64,000 nt of DNA, from contig JAWUVT010000077.1 in NCBI GenBank assembly GCA_034112225.1, positions 7,616 through 71,615 on the forward strand, read 5' to 3'. Below, piece by piece: positions 47,043 to 56,013 of this stretch (position 1 is its first letter; every line of letters starts with the position of its first letter). Under the pieces are notes generated by a model. It searched no databases, was not told the DNA's origin, and was given only the letters and a program-made list of their open reading frames with translations. This stretch comes from Flavobacteriales bacterium. GTDB taxonomy: Bacteria > Bacteroidota > Bacteroidia > Flavobacteriales_E > Vicingaceae. Both the position numbers and the translations under genes were made by a program.

Positions 47043-48949
47043 CAGGTATTAAAGACAATCAGCGCCCAAATGGTAGCCTGAACATCCTCAGGGTTATTTG
47101 AAAATAATTTCTTTTTTAATGCGCGAGTAGCAGCCACATTAAAAACTCCTTGTGCTTCGATAAATTCGTCACTCAATAAATCATTTTCTATTGTTGCTCT
47201 CAATTCATTTCTAAACCAATTCAATAAGGGGACTTCAAAACCATGTTTAGGTCGTTTATAAATTTCTTCTGGCAATTCACTTCTAAATGTATCTTGAAGA
47301 ATTTTCTTCTTCATATCAGGATTAATCTTAAACGCAACGGGTAAAGAAAAAGCAAAGTTCACGAGCCTATGATCTAAAAAAGGGGTTCTTACTTCTAATG
47401 AATTTGCCATACTCATCGCATCAACTTTACGAAGCATATCGTTCGTTAACACCATTTTCATATCTGTATAAAGCACATCATTAATATCCCCATCTTTCCG
47501 AATATTAGCTAAGAGACTCTCTTTCCTTTTTTTATATTCAAAAGCAGTATCACTTATTCGTTGAGGATTAAAAATTAACTCTTCCTTTAATAAGTAGTTG
47601 GCTTTTTCTTCATTAAGAATTGATGCCCATTTCCAATAGCGTTCTTTATGAGTCAATTTTGAACCTAAACTAAATTTATAAAGTTGTCTGTTCATGTTCG
47701 TGATTTTAGAATTTCTAGATTTTGGCAAGTTTTTCCAAATTGGATACCCCATTTTCACTATCGATTCTTTAATCCCAGGATGACGAGATTTATATTCTGC
47801 CATGTGTTTATTGTATCCAGAGAACATTTCATCTGCTCCATCACCAGACAAAGCAACAGTTACGTGTTCTTTTGTGCGCTTACTTAATAAATAAACGGCG
47901 ATTGCTGAGGAGTCAGCAAAGGGTTCATCAAAATAAGCTAAGATATTTTCTAAATCTTCGTATAAATCATTGTTGGTTAATGAAAAAACATGATGTTGGG
48001 TTCCTATTTTTTTTGCCACCGCATTCGCATAAATCGTTTCATCAAAATAGGGTTCATCTTTAAAGCCAATAGAAAAAGTTTGCAAATCAGGTTTATGTTT
48101 TTTCGCTAACAAACTGATGATGGAGGAATCTACTCCTCCACTTAAAAATGTACCTACAGGTACGTCAGAAACTAATCTTTTCTGAACGGCATCATCCAAT
48201 AAATTACGAAGCATCTCTTGCGATTTATCATAATTCATGGCATTGGTTTGAATCGTTACTTCTTGATTTAAAGGAATTTCATAATACACTTCTTCTTCTA
48301 GGGCTTCGGGCAGTTGATGAATGTCTTTAATAAAAATGAAATGTCCTGGTTTCAGCTTCTTAACTCCCTCAATTATTGAATGATGTGTTGGGATGTAATT
48401 AAATTGCAAATAATTGAAGAGACTAATTTTATCAATATTCTTCTTAATGTTAAACGTTAAAATCGCTTTCAGTTCTGATGCAAAAATAAATTGTTCACCA
48501 TCATCATAATATAAAAGAGGTTTTATCCCCATTCTATCACGGGCAACAAAAAGCGAATTTTCTTGTTGATCGAAAATTGAAAAAGCAAAAAAACCATTTA
48601 ATTTATCTAAACACTTTTTACCATATTTAATGAATAGATAAAGTAAAACTTCAGTGTCGGATGTTGTTAAAAAGGCAACACCATCCTCAATTAATTCTTG
48701 TTTTAATTCTTTATAGTTGTAGATCTCTCCATTAAAAACGATGGTGAATCTTCCGGTGCTATCTGTTAAGGGTTGATTTGCTCCTTTAGAGGTGTCTATT
48801 ATTGAAAGTCGAGCATGACCCAGAGCTAGGTTCTTAAAACTTTTGGTACTCTTATTGTCTGGACCTCTTTTAGATAGCGTGGATATTGCCTCAGTAATTT
48901 TACTCAGTTGATTCTGATTAGAAGATACTATCCCTACAATTCCACACAT
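47018..48949 (-). CDS. asnB: Asparagine synthase (glutamine-hydrolysing) family amidotransferase, polysaccharide-cluster associated
   Basis: N-terminal nucleophile MCGIVGI (class II glutamine amidotransferase). PP-loop SGGVDSS in the synthetase domain. Confidence 0.9.
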   Translation of the reverse strand: MCGIVGIVSSNQNQLSKITEAISTLSKRGPDNKSTKSFKNLALGHARLSIIDTSKGANQPLTDSTGRFTIVFNGEIYNYKELKQELIEDGVAFLTTSDTEVLLYLFIKYGKKCLDKLNGFFAFSIFDQQENSLFVARDRMGIKPLLYYDDGEQFIFASELKAILTFNIKKNIDKISLFNYLQFNYIPTHHSIIEGVKKLKPGHFIFIKDIHQLPEALEEEVYYEIPLNQEVTIQTNAMNYDKSQEMLRNLLDDAVQKRLVSDVPVGTFLSGGVDSSIISLLAKKHKPDLQTFSIGFKDEPYFDETIYANAVAKKIGTQHHVFSLTNNDLYEDLENILAYFDEPFADSSAIAVYLLSKRTKEHVTVALSGDGADEMFSGYNKHMAEYKSRHPGIKESIVKMGYPIWKNLPKSRNSKITNMNRQLYKFSLGSKLTHKERYWKWASILNEEKANYLLKEELIFNPQRISDTAFEYKKRKESLLANIRKDGDINDVLYTDMKMVLTNDMLRKVDAMSMANSLEVRTPFLDHRLVNFAFSLPVAFKINPDMKKKILQDTFRSELPEEIYKRPKHGFEVPLLNWFRNELRATIENDLLSDEFIEAQGVFNVAATRALKKKLFSNNPEDVQATIWALIVFNTWWKKYIQK

Positions 48950-48970
48950 GGAGTAAATATATATATAAAA

Positions 48971-49004
48971 AATCCCTCTCCAAAATGGAAGAGGGATTTT
49001 AATT
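48971..49004 (-). terminator. Rho-independent terminator after lpd
   Basis: 9-bp stem AATCCCTCT / AGAGGGATT (48971-48979 and 48990-48998) with a 10-nt loop. On the minus strand the hairpin is followed by TTTTTATATAT (plus-strand A-run 48966-48970), about 48 nt past the lpd stop. Confidence 0.7.
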
Positions 49005-49045
49005 AAAATGAGTCAACTGCTCAATATTATCTGTTCGATTGGAAC

Positions 49046-50434
49046 TTACATGTGTATCACTTCATCATAAGCTGCAGCAGCAGCTTCCATAATGGCTTCA
49101 CTCATTGTTGGGTGAGGATGAACTGTTTTAATTAATTCGTGCCCTGTAGTTTCTAATTTTCTAACCGCAACGATTTCTGCAATCATTTCCGTAACGTTTG
49201 CACCAATCATATGACCTCCTAAAAGCTCACCATATTTAGCATCAAAAATCAATTTTACGAAGCCCTCTTTATGGCCTGCAGCACTTGCTTTACCTGATGC
49301 CGAGAAAGGAAATTTACCAACTTTAACCTCCAAACCAGCTTCTTTAGCCGCTTTCTCTGTCATACCAACCGAAGCAACTTCTGGAGAAGCGTAAGTACAT
49401 CCAGGGATATTTCCATAATCTAATGGTTCAACATCCATTCCTGAAATTTTCTCTATACAAATAATTCCTTCGGCAGAAGCAACGTGTGCTAGAGCTGGTC
49501 CAGGAACTACATCTCCAATTGCATAATAACCAGGAATGTTCGTTTGGTAATAATCGTTGACTAGAATTTTATCTCTATCTGTTGCAATACCAACTTCTTC
49601 TAATCCAATATTTTCGATGTTCGATTTAATTCCAACAGCAGAAAGTACCACATCACACTCAATGGTTTCTTCACCTTTTTTAGTTTTGACTAAAGCTTTA
49701 CATCCACTTCCTGAAGTATCAACACTTTCTACAGAAGAATTTAACATGACTTTAATTCCTGCTTTTTTAAATGAACGGGCAAACTGTTTAGAAACCTCTT
49801 CATCCTCTAAAGGAAGTAAGTGAGGTAAAAACTCAACAATCGTTACGTCAACACCCATTGCATTATAAAAATAGGCGAACTCAGAACCAATAGCTCCAGA
49901 TCCTACAACTACCATTTTCTTAGGCAATTCAGGTAAAACTAGCGCTTCTCTATATCCAATAATTTTTTTACCATCTTGTGGCAAGCTAGGCAAGACTCTT
50001 GATCGAGCTCCAGTTGAAATGACTATGTTTTTAGCCGCATATTCGGTTACTTTCCCTTCAGCATCAGTAACCTCAATTTTCTTTCCTGCTTTTACTTTTC
50101 CAGTTCCAGTAATGACATCAATTTTATTTTTTTTCATTAAAAATTGAATACCAGTACTCATTCCTGCTGCTACATCTCTACTTCTTTTTACAATAGCAGG
50201 AAAATCAGCATCAGCTTCTTTAATGTTAATTCCGTAATCAGCAGCGTGATTAATGTATTCAAAAACATTCGCACTCTTTAATAAAGCTTTTGTAGGAATA
50301 CATCCCCAGTTTAAGCAAATACCACCTAATTCAGATCTTTCAACAACAGCTGTTTTCAATCCTAATTGAGAAGCTCTAATAGCAGCAACATAACCACCAG
50401 GTCCAGTTCCTAAAACAATAACATCATAACTCAT
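49046..50434 (-). CDS. lpd: Dihydrolipoyl dehydrogenase (E3)
   Basis: FAD-binding GTGPGGY. Redox-active disulfide motif GGICLNWGCIPTK. NAD-binding GSGAIGSE. C-terminal HPHPTMSE interface motif. Confidence 0.95.
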   Translation of the reverse strand: MSYDVIVLGTGPGGYVAAIRASQLGLKTAVVERSELGGICLNWGCIPTKALLKSANVFEYINHAADYGINIKEADADFPAIVKRSRDVAAGMSTGIQFLMKKNKIDVITGTGKVKAGKKIEVTDAEGKVTEYAAKNIVISTGARSRVLPSLPQDGKKIIGYREALVLPELPKKMVVVGSGAIGSEFAYFYNAMGVDVTIVEFLPHLLPLEDEEVSKQFARSFKKAGIKVMLNSSVESVDTSGSGCKALVKTKKGEETIECDVVLSAVGIKSNIENIGLEEVGIATDRDKILVNDYYQTNIPGYYAIGDVVPGPALAHVASAEGIICIEKISGMDVEPLDYGNIPGCTYASPEVASVGMTEKAAKEAGLEVKVGKFPFSASGKASAAGHKEGFVKLIFDAKYGELLGGHMIGANVTEMIAEIVAVRKLETTGHELIKTVHPHPTMSEAIMEAAAAAYDEVIHM

Positions 50435-50476
50435 ATCTATATATGTTTAATTTTTATAATCTAATTTACGAAATAC

Positions 50477-50588
50477 GAAAGTAGTCAAAAAGTAGAAAGT
50501 TATAAAGTAGAAAGTCCATAAAGTTATAAAGATTGAAGCCAAAAGTGAAAAGTTGAAAAGTGAAAGGCAAAAGTGAAAAGTGAAAAGG
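50477..50588. repeat. Phased A-rich short tandem repeats (AAAGT / AAAAGTG units every 7-9 nt)
   Basis: About 14 successive units. The core at 50541-50588 reads AAAAGTG AAAAGTTG AAAAGTG AAAGGC AAAAGTG AAAAGTG AAAAGG. It is preceded by AAAGTAG / AAAGTTAT / AAAGTCCAT variants. Confidence 0.8.
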
Positions 50589-50737
50589 AACTAGGGACTA
50601 GTTTCTAGTAACTAGTAAAGACTATTTTCTTTATAGAAGTAGTTTGTGCAAAATCTCACTTTTTAGAAAAAATAAAAATACGCCAACTGACAACACCTTG
50701 TGCTCTGAAATTTCTTTTTAACTTTATGGACTTTCTA
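50508..50737. repeat. Perfect 19-nt inverted repeat pair bracketing a 192-nt segment
   Basis: TAGAAAGTCCATAAAGTTA at 50508-50526 is the exact reverse complement of TAACTTTATGGACTTTCTA at 50719-50737. The interior holds the AAAAGTG tract and a CTAG-rich palindromic cluster (ACTAGGGACTAGTTTCTAGTAACTAGT, about 50590-50617). Confidence 0.85.
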
Positions 50738-50760
50738 TTTTAAAACTTTGAGACTACATT

Positions 50761-52470
50761 ATGAAATACATTGTTTCTTACCAAAAAGCGAACAACCACT
50801 ATATAGACATCGAATATATTATTGACAATATATCCTCAGAAAAAATTGAAATTCAATTGCCTGCTTGGCGACCCGGAAGGTATGAACTCGGAAATTTTGC
50901 CAAGAACGTTCAAAAATGGGAAGCCTTAGATCCGAAAGGTAATTTACTTTCTGCTAAAAAAATAACTAAAGATTTATGGGAAGTTGAAACGAAAGGGAAT
51001 ACTGCTATACACATTAAATACAACTATTTTGCGAATGAAATAAATGCAGGCTCCTCCTACTTAGATGAGAAACAACTTTACATCAATGGAGTCAACTGCT
51101 TTTTATACGTTCCGGATAGAACCCATGAAAAGTGCGAGCTCCAATTAATAATTCCAACAACTTACAGCGTTGCTTCAGGATTACAAGAAATCGCTAAACA
51201 TCATTTTCATTGTAAAGATTTTCATGAATTGGTGGATTCTCCTTTTATTGCGAGTAATAGTTTACAGCACCATTCTTATTCTGAAAGCGGCGTTAAATTT
51301 CATTTGTGGTTTCAGGGCGAATGTAAACCTGATTGGAAATTGTTGGAAAACGATTTTAGAAAATTTAGTAAAGCTCAAATTGAAAAATTTGGAAATTTTC
51401 CTGTTGAAGAATATCATTTCATTTTTCAAATACTAACCCACAGAACATTTCACGGAGTAGAACACGCCAACTCTACTGTAATTTCTTTAGGACCTTCTTA
51501 CGACATTATGAACAAGAAAGGTTGGTATAAGGAATTATTAGGCGTTAGTTCTCATGAACTTTACCACACTTGGAATGTAAAACAAATCAGGCCTATTGAA
51601 ATGTTTCCTTATGATTATTCTAAAGAAAATTATACTGAATTGGGGTATATCGATGAAGGGGTTACCACTTATTTTGGTGATAAATTTTTATTGACTTCAG
51701 GAGTTTTCGATTGGGCTGAATATGCGAAGACTTTTAATCAACTTTTAGAAAGACACTTTAATAATTTTGGAACAAACAATTACTCTGTCGCTCAGTCTTC
51801 TTTTGACACTTGGTTAGATGGTTATGTAAAGGGGACTCCTGGCAGAAAAAGTTCTATCTACACCGAAGGTGCTTTAGTTGCTTTTATGACAGATGTTTTT
51901 ATCCTGAAAAATACCAACAACAAAAAATCACTAAATGAGGTGATGAAAATGCTCTACCAAGATTTCGCTCAACAAGCAAAAGGGGTTTCGGACAAGGACT
52001 ACAAAACTGTTGTAGAACAAGTTGCTAGAGTTTCGTATACTAGTATTTACACTAACTTTATTCACGGAACAGTGGACTTCACTGCCCAATTAAAAGAAAG
52101 TCTAAATTATATCGGTTGTGAGTTGAAAATCGAGCCATCATCTCTACACAACGAAGCCTACTTAGGTTTTAAAGTGAGGTATGAAAGTTCTAACTGTTTG
52201 ATCGAATCTATTTTTCCAAATTCTATTGCTGATGAAAATGGCTTCTCTATTCATGATGAAATTATTGCGATTAATGGAATTAAAGTAACTAATAACCTCT
52301 CGGAATGGACCTCCTATTTTAAGGAGGAAGAAATTTCATTTTCTATCAAAAGGGCTTTAGGAACAATTGAAAAAATAAGGCTAAAAACTTCAGAAACTAT
52401 TTACTTTAAAAAGTATTCCATTGTAAAAAATGAGTTGGAGCTTAACAACTTTAAAGCTTGGAACTCTTAA
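50761..52470 (+). CDS. M61-family glycyl aminopeptidase with C-terminal PDZ domain
   Basis: HExxH zinc motif in the M61 context (SSHELYHTWNVKQIRP). C-terminal PDZ-like segment (IFPNSIADENGFSIHDEIIAINGIKV). Confidence 0.85.
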   Translation: MKYIVSYQKANNHYIDIEYIIDNISSEKIEIQLPAWRPGRYELGNFAKNVQKWEALDPKGNLLSAKKITKDLWEVETKGNTAIHIKYNYFANEINAGSSYLDEKQLYINGVNCFLYVPDRTHEKCELQLIIPTTYSVASGLQEIAKHHFHCKDFHELVDSPFIASNSLQHHSYSESGVKFHLWFQGECKPDWKLLENDFRKFSKAQIEKFGNFPVEEYHFIFQILTHRTFHGVEHANSTVISLGPSYDIMNKKGWYKELLGVSSHELYHTWNVKQIRPIEMFPYDYSKENYTELGYIDEGVTTYFGDKFLLTSGVFDWAEYAKTFNQLLERHFNNFGTNNYSVAQSSFDTWLDGYVKGTPGRKSSIYTEGALVAFMTDVFILKNTNNKKSLNEVMKMLYQDFAQQAKGVSDKDYKTVVEQVARVSYTSIYTNFIHGTVDFTAQLKESLNYIGCELKIEPSSLHNEAYLGFKVRYESSNCLIESIFPNSIADENGFSIHDEIIAINGIKVTNNLSEWTSYFKEEEISFSIKRALGTIEKIRLKTSETIYFKKYSIVKNELELNNFKAWNS

Positions 52471-52667
52471 TGTGATCCTTTTCTAATTTTACACGTTAAA
52501 AAAAACCATAAACACCTGTTTTTTAGATGACTAATAAGTTTTTCGCACTCAACATTGGAAAGCTATCCTCTCAACGGTCTTCATTTCATTTTGGGATTTA
52601 CAAATTGTAAGTGATCAGTTTCGTTCCTAATTTTAAAGAGAGCGTTAATTAAAGTATCTTGCAGATA

Positions 52668-53509
52668 ATGAACTTTTTTTCGCTATTCTTATTCTCCATT
52701 CTATTTTTTGCTTGTGGCAAGAATGAGGTAAAGAATGAAAAAAAAGTATTTACAAAAAATGAATCAATACCCGTTTCGGTTGTTGAAAAATCCATACGAT
52801 CAGACTATCCTGCAGAATATTGTTTAGACAGTAGCTGGAATATTTTAACAGATGATCAAGAAGGTCTGTTTTTGGGGTATACCATACAAACCCGGTAAAG
52901 ACACCACTCTTTTGGTAGAGAATAGCATTGGAATTCTTGGGGCAATGGATCATCCTAACGCACACCTCATGAACGACACTACCTACTTCATCCCTAATGT
53001 TGGAGGTTCTTCATTGGGTTATTTTCAATTGTTCATCTATAAAAATGGAACATGCAAATATGTAGAACAAATTTCAAACAGGCTATCAAAAAATAGAGTG
53101 GACAGCATTAAAAGCAGCAAGAAGAAATCCGAAGCCAAAAGAGTGGCTTCCTGTAATTAAAAACACCTATAGCTTAAACGATAGCTCCATATTATTTTAT
53201 AGAAAAGCAACTTGCTATCCGAATTTACATCAACCTGACAGTTCATCGAGTCATACCTTTCGATTTAAAATCCCAAAAACAGAACATCAATTTACAATTA
53301 CAGGAGATTCCCTATTAACTCTTGAATTCTTCTATTCAGAAACAACTCCTACTCAGATTTTAAACGGAAATAAACCTTACAAAGGAACGGTTAAAGGGAC
53401 TAAGAAAACTGACAACTCCTGGTGGTTAGTCATCGATTTATGGTTAACGTTGAATACTGACAAAATGGATAAACATCTTAAAATAAATGGTCACTTTATT
53501 ACCTATTAA
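52668..53509 (+). pseudogene. Lipoprotein gene disrupted by two +1 frameshifts (or carrying homopolymer sequencing errors)
   Basis: The signal peptide MNFFSLFLFSILFFACGKNE reads to a stop at 52898. The coding-looking sequence continues in the +1 frame from 52849 to 53160, then in the next frame from 53066 to a stop at 53509 (...IEWTALKAARRNPKPKEWLPVIKNTYSLND...WWLVIDLWLTLN...). The frame-overlap zones contain T5/G4 (52869-52877) and A6 (53088-53093) runs. Confidence 0.65.
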
Positions 53510-53779
53510 ACTAGTGATTTTTGAGGCCTGAAATCAAGAATTAAAAATATTATTTTTGTCAGTATATTGACAGATAAATTTCACAAACTACTGTTGCACA
53601 GATCATATAATAACCATTAATCATTTCTTAACTTTGCTAAGATTAGCAGTAATGGATTTCATTTTAAGGTTTAAAAACTGACTTCAAAAATTCATTACGT
53701 AAAAACCCCTACGTAATTAATTTCAAAAATTGAATAAACAATAATAAATATGGATAAATTTACCATCTAAAGAAGGTTT

Positions 53780-54913
53780 ATGTCATATAAGTTTATTGAT
53801 AGCATTGAGAGTTTGGCCGAAAACATCCATTTAAGAAATGGTGATATAGTTAAAGCGACTGAGGAAATATTAAAGGAATGTGCGGCTATTTTAAACTGTG
53901 AAAGGGTAAATTCCTGGATTTTTAATTCGCAGGGCAATCAACTAAACTGCTTAAAAGCATTTACTTTAGCACAAAATAAGTATTCCATCGAAAAAGGTCT
54001 GCATGCTAAGGATTTACCAAATTATTTTAAACAGCTTAAGAAAGGGAAAATAATTGTTGCGAATAAAGCTGAAGAAGAACCGATTAACTTGGAATTAATA
54101 TCCGTTTACATTCAACCACTCGGCATAACTTCTATGATAGACATTCCAATTCGGTCTGAGGGAAAAATGATTGGAGTCGTTTGTTTTGAACATGTTAAAC
54201 AAAAACATACGTGGTCCATTCAAGAAGAAAAATATTGTCAATCTGCAGCCCAACTCCTTTCCCTAGCATTAGAATCGAATAAAAAGAAAGCTTATCAGCA
54301 AAAATTAGAAGATACTATCCGCGAAAAAGAAATATTACTGTCAGAGGTTAATCATAGAGTTAAAAATAATATGTCTGTTATTTTAAGCCTGTTGAAAATG
54401 CAAAAAAATAAAGCTTTAGAACATACAATCCCTGTAGAAGATTTGTTTGACGACATCATTAACCGGGTATATTCTATGGAGACCGTCCAATCGAGACTCC
54501 ACTCCTCTAAGAATTTTTCTGAGATTCGTTTAGATGAATACATTAAAAAACTGGTCGAAAACATGAAGCAAACCTATGGTGCAAATAAACAAATTGAAAT
54601 TCATTTAGATTTAGACCCTATTAATATAGACATTACCAAAGCGATTCCTTGTGGTTTAATTATCAACGAAATCTTAACCAATTCGTTTAAATACGCATTC
54701 GAACCAAACAATAAACAGCCTAAATTAAGTATATTCATCAAAAAAACGGAGCATCTAGAGATCAATATAAAAGATAATGGACCCGGATTTGATTTAAGTT
54801 CTGACGCTAAAAAATCTATGGGTCTTGAATTGATTGAAGATTTATCAGCTCAAATAGATGCGGATTTAAAAATTAATTCAAAAAATGGAGTGAACATCTC
54901 TCTAATTATTTAA
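53780..54913 (+). CDS. Orphan sensor histidine kinase (GAF-like sensor, HisKA_2-type phosphoacceptor, HATPase_c)
   Basis: GAF-like N-terminal half (RVNSWIF...IDIPIRSEGKMIGVVCFEH). H-box EVNHRVKNNMSVILSLLKMQ. N-box IINEILTNSFKYAF. G-boxes KDNGPGF and MGLELIEDL. No TM segment and no adjacent response regulator. Confidence 0.85.
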   Translation: MSYKFIDSIESLAENIHLRNGDIVKATEEILKECAAILNCERVNSWIFNSQGNQLNCLKAFTLAQNKYSIEKGLHAKDLPNYFKQLKKGKIIVANKAEEEPINLELISVYIQPLGITSMIDIPIRSEGKMIGVVCFEHVKQKHTWSIQEEKYCQSAAQLLSLALESNKKKAYQQKLEDTIREKEILLSEVNHRVKNNMSVILSLLKMQKNKALEHTIPVEDLFDDIINRVYSMETVQSRLHSSKNFSEIRLDEYIKKLVENMKQTYGANKQIEIHLDLDPINIDITKAIPCGLIINEILTNSFKYAFEPNNKQPKLSIFIKKTEHLEINIKDNGPGFDLSSDAKKSMGLELIEDLSAQIDADLKINSKNGVNISLII

Positions 54914-54940
54914 GGATAGAATTGTTGACTGAGAACGCCC

Positions 54941-55606
54941 TCAACTTTTAGCCAATAAATTAATAGCAGAGTTCTCCAACTGTTTTTTAGCAGATCCTTT
55001 AAGCACACTATTAATCATAGCTTGCCCTACCCTACTACTTGTTGTAATCGAATTCATTTTTTTGAGCAAAGGAAAAAATGGTGTTAAAATAGCATACAAC
55101 ACATTATAGGTTTTTACCTTAGATTTAACTCCTTTTTCTGGTAAAATAGCGCCAGGTCTAAACAAGTACACTTCCTTAAAAAGAGTGGTTAGTTTATTTT
55201 CAGTCTTTCCTTTTACACGTGCCCACATCACCTTTCCTTTTTCGGAACTATCTGTTCCTGCTCCAGAAACATAATTAAATGTCAGTTCAGGATTTATCTT
55301 CGCTACAACAGTTGCAAAATGAACCGTTAAAGCATAGGTGTATTTATGATACTGCGCTTCAGTTAACCCCATAGCAGAAACGCCCAAACAAAAGAAGCAC
55401 GCGTTATACCCTTTCAACTGATTTTCAATAGGAGTTAAATCAAAAAAATCAGTATGAATAATCTCTTTCAATTTAGGATGCTTCAACCCTATCGATTTTC
55501 TATTTATCACTAAAACTGAATTTACCAAAGGATGAGCTAAACATTCCAAGAGAACAGCTTTACCCACCATACCTGTTGACCCCGTAATTATTGCATTTAT
55601 TTTCAT
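54941..55606 (-). CDS. NAD(P)H-binding Rossmann-fold protein (atypical SDR / epimerase-like)
   Basis: N-terminal dinucleotide-binding motif ITGSTGMVGKAVL. 221 aa. No further family signature recognised. Confidence 0.7.
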   Translation of the reverse strand: MKINAIITGSTGMVGKAVLLECLAHPLVNSVLVINRKSIGLKHPKLKEIIHTDFFDLTPIENQLKGYNACFFCLGVSAMGLTEAQYHKYTYALTVHFATVVAKINPELTFNYVSGAGTDSSEKGKVMWARVKGKTENKLTTLFKEVYLFRPGAILPEKGVKSKVKTYNVLYAILTPFFPLLKKMNSITTSSRVGQAMINSVLKGSAKKQLENSAINLLAKS

Positions 55607-56013
55607 AAAGCGAAGTTAAGCAATTCGTTGAGTTTTGATCTGAAAATAGTGGGTGAATACTTTTAAAAAATGCGAACTGAAACCTCAATACCAACCAGAT
55701 GAGCTCCTCCTATTTTCAACGCTATAAAGTTGAGGATAAATGCCGTAGCCTTTAAAATTCACCTCGTAATTCGGCAGGAATAAACAACTTAAATCGATGC
55801 GCAACTTTTTGGGGAATTGCTAGAATTTAATCCAACACCCGATCTTGATACTATCCCTTATCTATACTGCACAGATAAGAACTAGTACGCTTAAAAAATT
55901 AGGTGAATTAAGGCCTACTTTTCTAAACTATTATTTCATCAACCCACTTACGTATTGCAAGTTACAAATAGAATCCCTACCTTCCAAGCCTATTGAACTG
56001 TAAGTCATATTCT

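Noticed and set aside
50541-50588. The tandem AAAAGTG repeats were considered as a possible CRISPR array or minisatellite-encoded peptide.
   Set aside because: The units are 6-8 nt with no spacers, far below CRISPR repeat/spacer dimensions. No cas genes are present and no ORF spans the tract.
55993-56013. N-terminal extensions in the ORF track that start at TTG/GTG codons (also 3035-3052, 24409-24459, 25544-25564, 37738-37779, 52659-52667).
   Set aside because: In each case a nearby in-frame ATG begins a proper signal peptide or a conserved N-terminus (MNKKERY, MAEIVRMPKLSDTM, MAEKTKF, MKKFTIFLAI, MLKYFPLFIFF, MNFFSLFLF). The extensions look like upstream non-coding sequence.
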